Below, piece by piece: positions 62,195-64,000 of a stretch of 64,000 bases of DNA. The notes under the pieces are model-generated. The model saw only the letters and a program-made list of their open reading frames with translations. It did not search any database and had not been told where the DNA came from. The DNA comes from the human T2T-CHM13v2.0 reference genome, Homo sapiens: the NCBI RefSeq assembly GCF_009914755.1, contig NC_060934.1. The stretch is one strand, 5' to 3'. Every line of letters begins with the position of its first letter. Position 1 is the stretch's first letter. The position numbers and the translations under genes are program-made.

Positions 62195-62315
62195 CCTCTA
62201 GAGTGTAAGTCCCTTGAGGGCAGAGAGTTCTGTTTCATTCACTGATGTATCCTCAATGTCTAGAATGGTGCCTGGCCATTGCAGGAGCTCAATAAATGTT
62301 TATTGAATAAATGGA
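62195..62315 (+). mobile_element. L2 3' end
   Basis: ctagagtgtaagtcccttgagggcag..gtgcctggc..ctcaataaatgtttattgaataaatg. Confidence 0.8.
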
Positions 62316-62416
62316 GAGAATGAGGAACAAGAGTGAAGTCAGAGAGTCATAAAATATTCTATTGCAAATTCTTTCAGAGCAGAAAATAAACCATTTTAAC
62401 TTCTCTTTGCCACATC

Positions 62417-62738
62417 CAGGAGTCCTCTCCTTATTGAAGGGAGATACATCCCAAGACCCCCAGCTGATGCCTGAAACTGCAGATAATACCTAACCCTGTA
62501 TATACTATGATTTTTCCTGTACATAGATACCAATGACAAAGTGTAAGTTATAAATTAGGTACAGTAAGATGTTAACAATCAATAATAATGGGATAATTAT
62601 AACAATATACTGTAATAAAAATATGTAAGCACCTTCTCTCTGACTCTCAAAATATGTTACATTGATAAAACTAACCAACCACTGCTGAGTGTAAATGAAA
62701 ACTTGGAAAATGAAACTGCAGATAAGGGGGAACTATTG
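62417..62738 (+). mobile_element. MER44/Tigger7-like DNA transposon
   Basis: gtcctctccttat..ccaagacccccag..gatgcctgaaactgcagata..gaaactgcagataagggggaacta termini. Confidence 0.8.
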
Positions 62739-63204
62739 TACAAGATAATCAGTATATGGGTTTGAATGTTTGAATGACTGAATAATATGTTAAGTTACCT
62801 AGTATATTGTCCCTACCCTAACATTGATAAAGAATGATCACTACCTCCTGAGATAGATCTCCCGATTGTTGGTCAGCCCTTAATTTAGAACATTCCTTTG
62901 TTAGGCCAAAATCTGTCTTCTTCTAACCTTCTATATCAATCCTAGTTTTTCCTTCTGGGTTTATTCAAAACAAGTTTGCTTTATGTTACACATAAAAACT
63001 TATTAACTGTATGCAAATGATTTATAAGTACCTCTCATCTCTGGTTTCTTATCTTCTGAGCTAAAACATTCAGTATATTCACTTTCCATAGGCATGACTT
63101 TTGAACCCTTCTCTGTCCCAGTCAATCTTATTAGCATTCCCTAAGAGCTCACCAATGGAGTCTTTCAGTTAAATATGAGGATTAAATGTGTGCATTTACC
63201 TCCC

Positions 63205-63805
63205 ATGGTGGGCTGAGTCCCCAGCTTCCAAATGTCCACTCTCTAATCTCTGAAATCTCTCACTCTGTTACCTTACAAGGCAAAAGGAACTTTGCAGATG
63301 TGAGGAAGGATCTGAGATCAGGTAGGGGAGATTATCCGGGACAATGTGGGTGGAACCAGTCTAATCTCATGAGTCTTTAAAAGCAGAGAATCTTGCCCAG
63401 CTGTGGTCAGAGAGAGCTCCAATGATAGAAGAAGAAAGAGAGATTCAAAGTGTGAGAGGGACTTCACCCATCATTGCTGGCTGTGAAGATGGAGTAAGGG
63501 GCCATGAGTCAAGGGGTGTGAGTGGTCCCTAGAAGCTGGGAATGGCCCTCAGGTGACAACCTGCAAGCAACAGGGATCTCAGTCCAACACCCACAAGGAA
63601 CTGAACTCTGCCAAAACTCAAGTGAGCAAGGAAATGGATCTTCCTGCAGAGTGTCCAGAAAGGAAAACAGACCTGTCAGCACTTTGACTTCAGCCCTGTG
63701 AATCCCCTGGCACTCTTCCAGCCATCGGAACTGTAAGGAAATTTTGCAGTGTTCAAGCCACAATGTTTGTGGTAATTTGGTAGGGCAGCAATAGAAACCC
63801 AATAC
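63205..63805 (+). mobile_element. MLT1D/E-like MaLR solo LTR
   Basis: tgttaccttacaaggcaaaaggaactttgcagatgtga..ctagaagctgg..gcagcaatagaaacccaatac. Confidence 0.82.
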
Positions 63806-64000
63806 CCCTCTCCTCCCTCTTGGTGTCCTGCCAAATTAATACCAAAGGGATTCGAGAATCAATAAGATAAAAAGATAAATCCACATATACAAGATAAATG
63901 GAAGAGGAAACAATACCAAAACATTTAGAAGCTGGAAAGCAGGAGGCAAGTGGTGACTAACTTAGTGATTAAAGACATCTGAATCCTAAATCAGCAGAGA

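Overview
Primate (almost certainly human) genomic DNA, dominated by interspersed repeats: about 30 Alus, old L1/L2/MIR fragments, MaLR/ERVL/ERV1 solo LTRs, and hAT/Tigger DNA transposons. The only supported protein-coding gene is the 5' part (exons 1-3) of a c-type lysozyme-like gene on the + strand at about 56.7-60.4 kb. Its residues match my recollection of LYZL1 (chr10p) rather than its near-identical paralogue LYZL2, and exons 4-5 lie beyond the window. The first 56 kb is intergenic, and nearly all ORFs in the supplied track are Alu, low-complexity or chance artefacts. I found no convincing wholly new biological system. The best second-look items are: (1) a three-AUG/uORF layout in the LYZL1 leader that could switch between an N-extended and a secreted isoform; (2) a perfect 4-unit heat-shock element fused to a 14-bp hairpin, near two ATF4/CEBP sites about 22 kb upstream; (3) a long imperfect palindrome interrupted by a 32-bp copy of sequence 3 kb away; (4) several short local duplications tied to polypurine tracts; (5) inverted Alus bracketing exons 2-3 (circRNA candidate). 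Repeat subfamily names come from recalled consensus sequences and need RepeatMasker confirmation.
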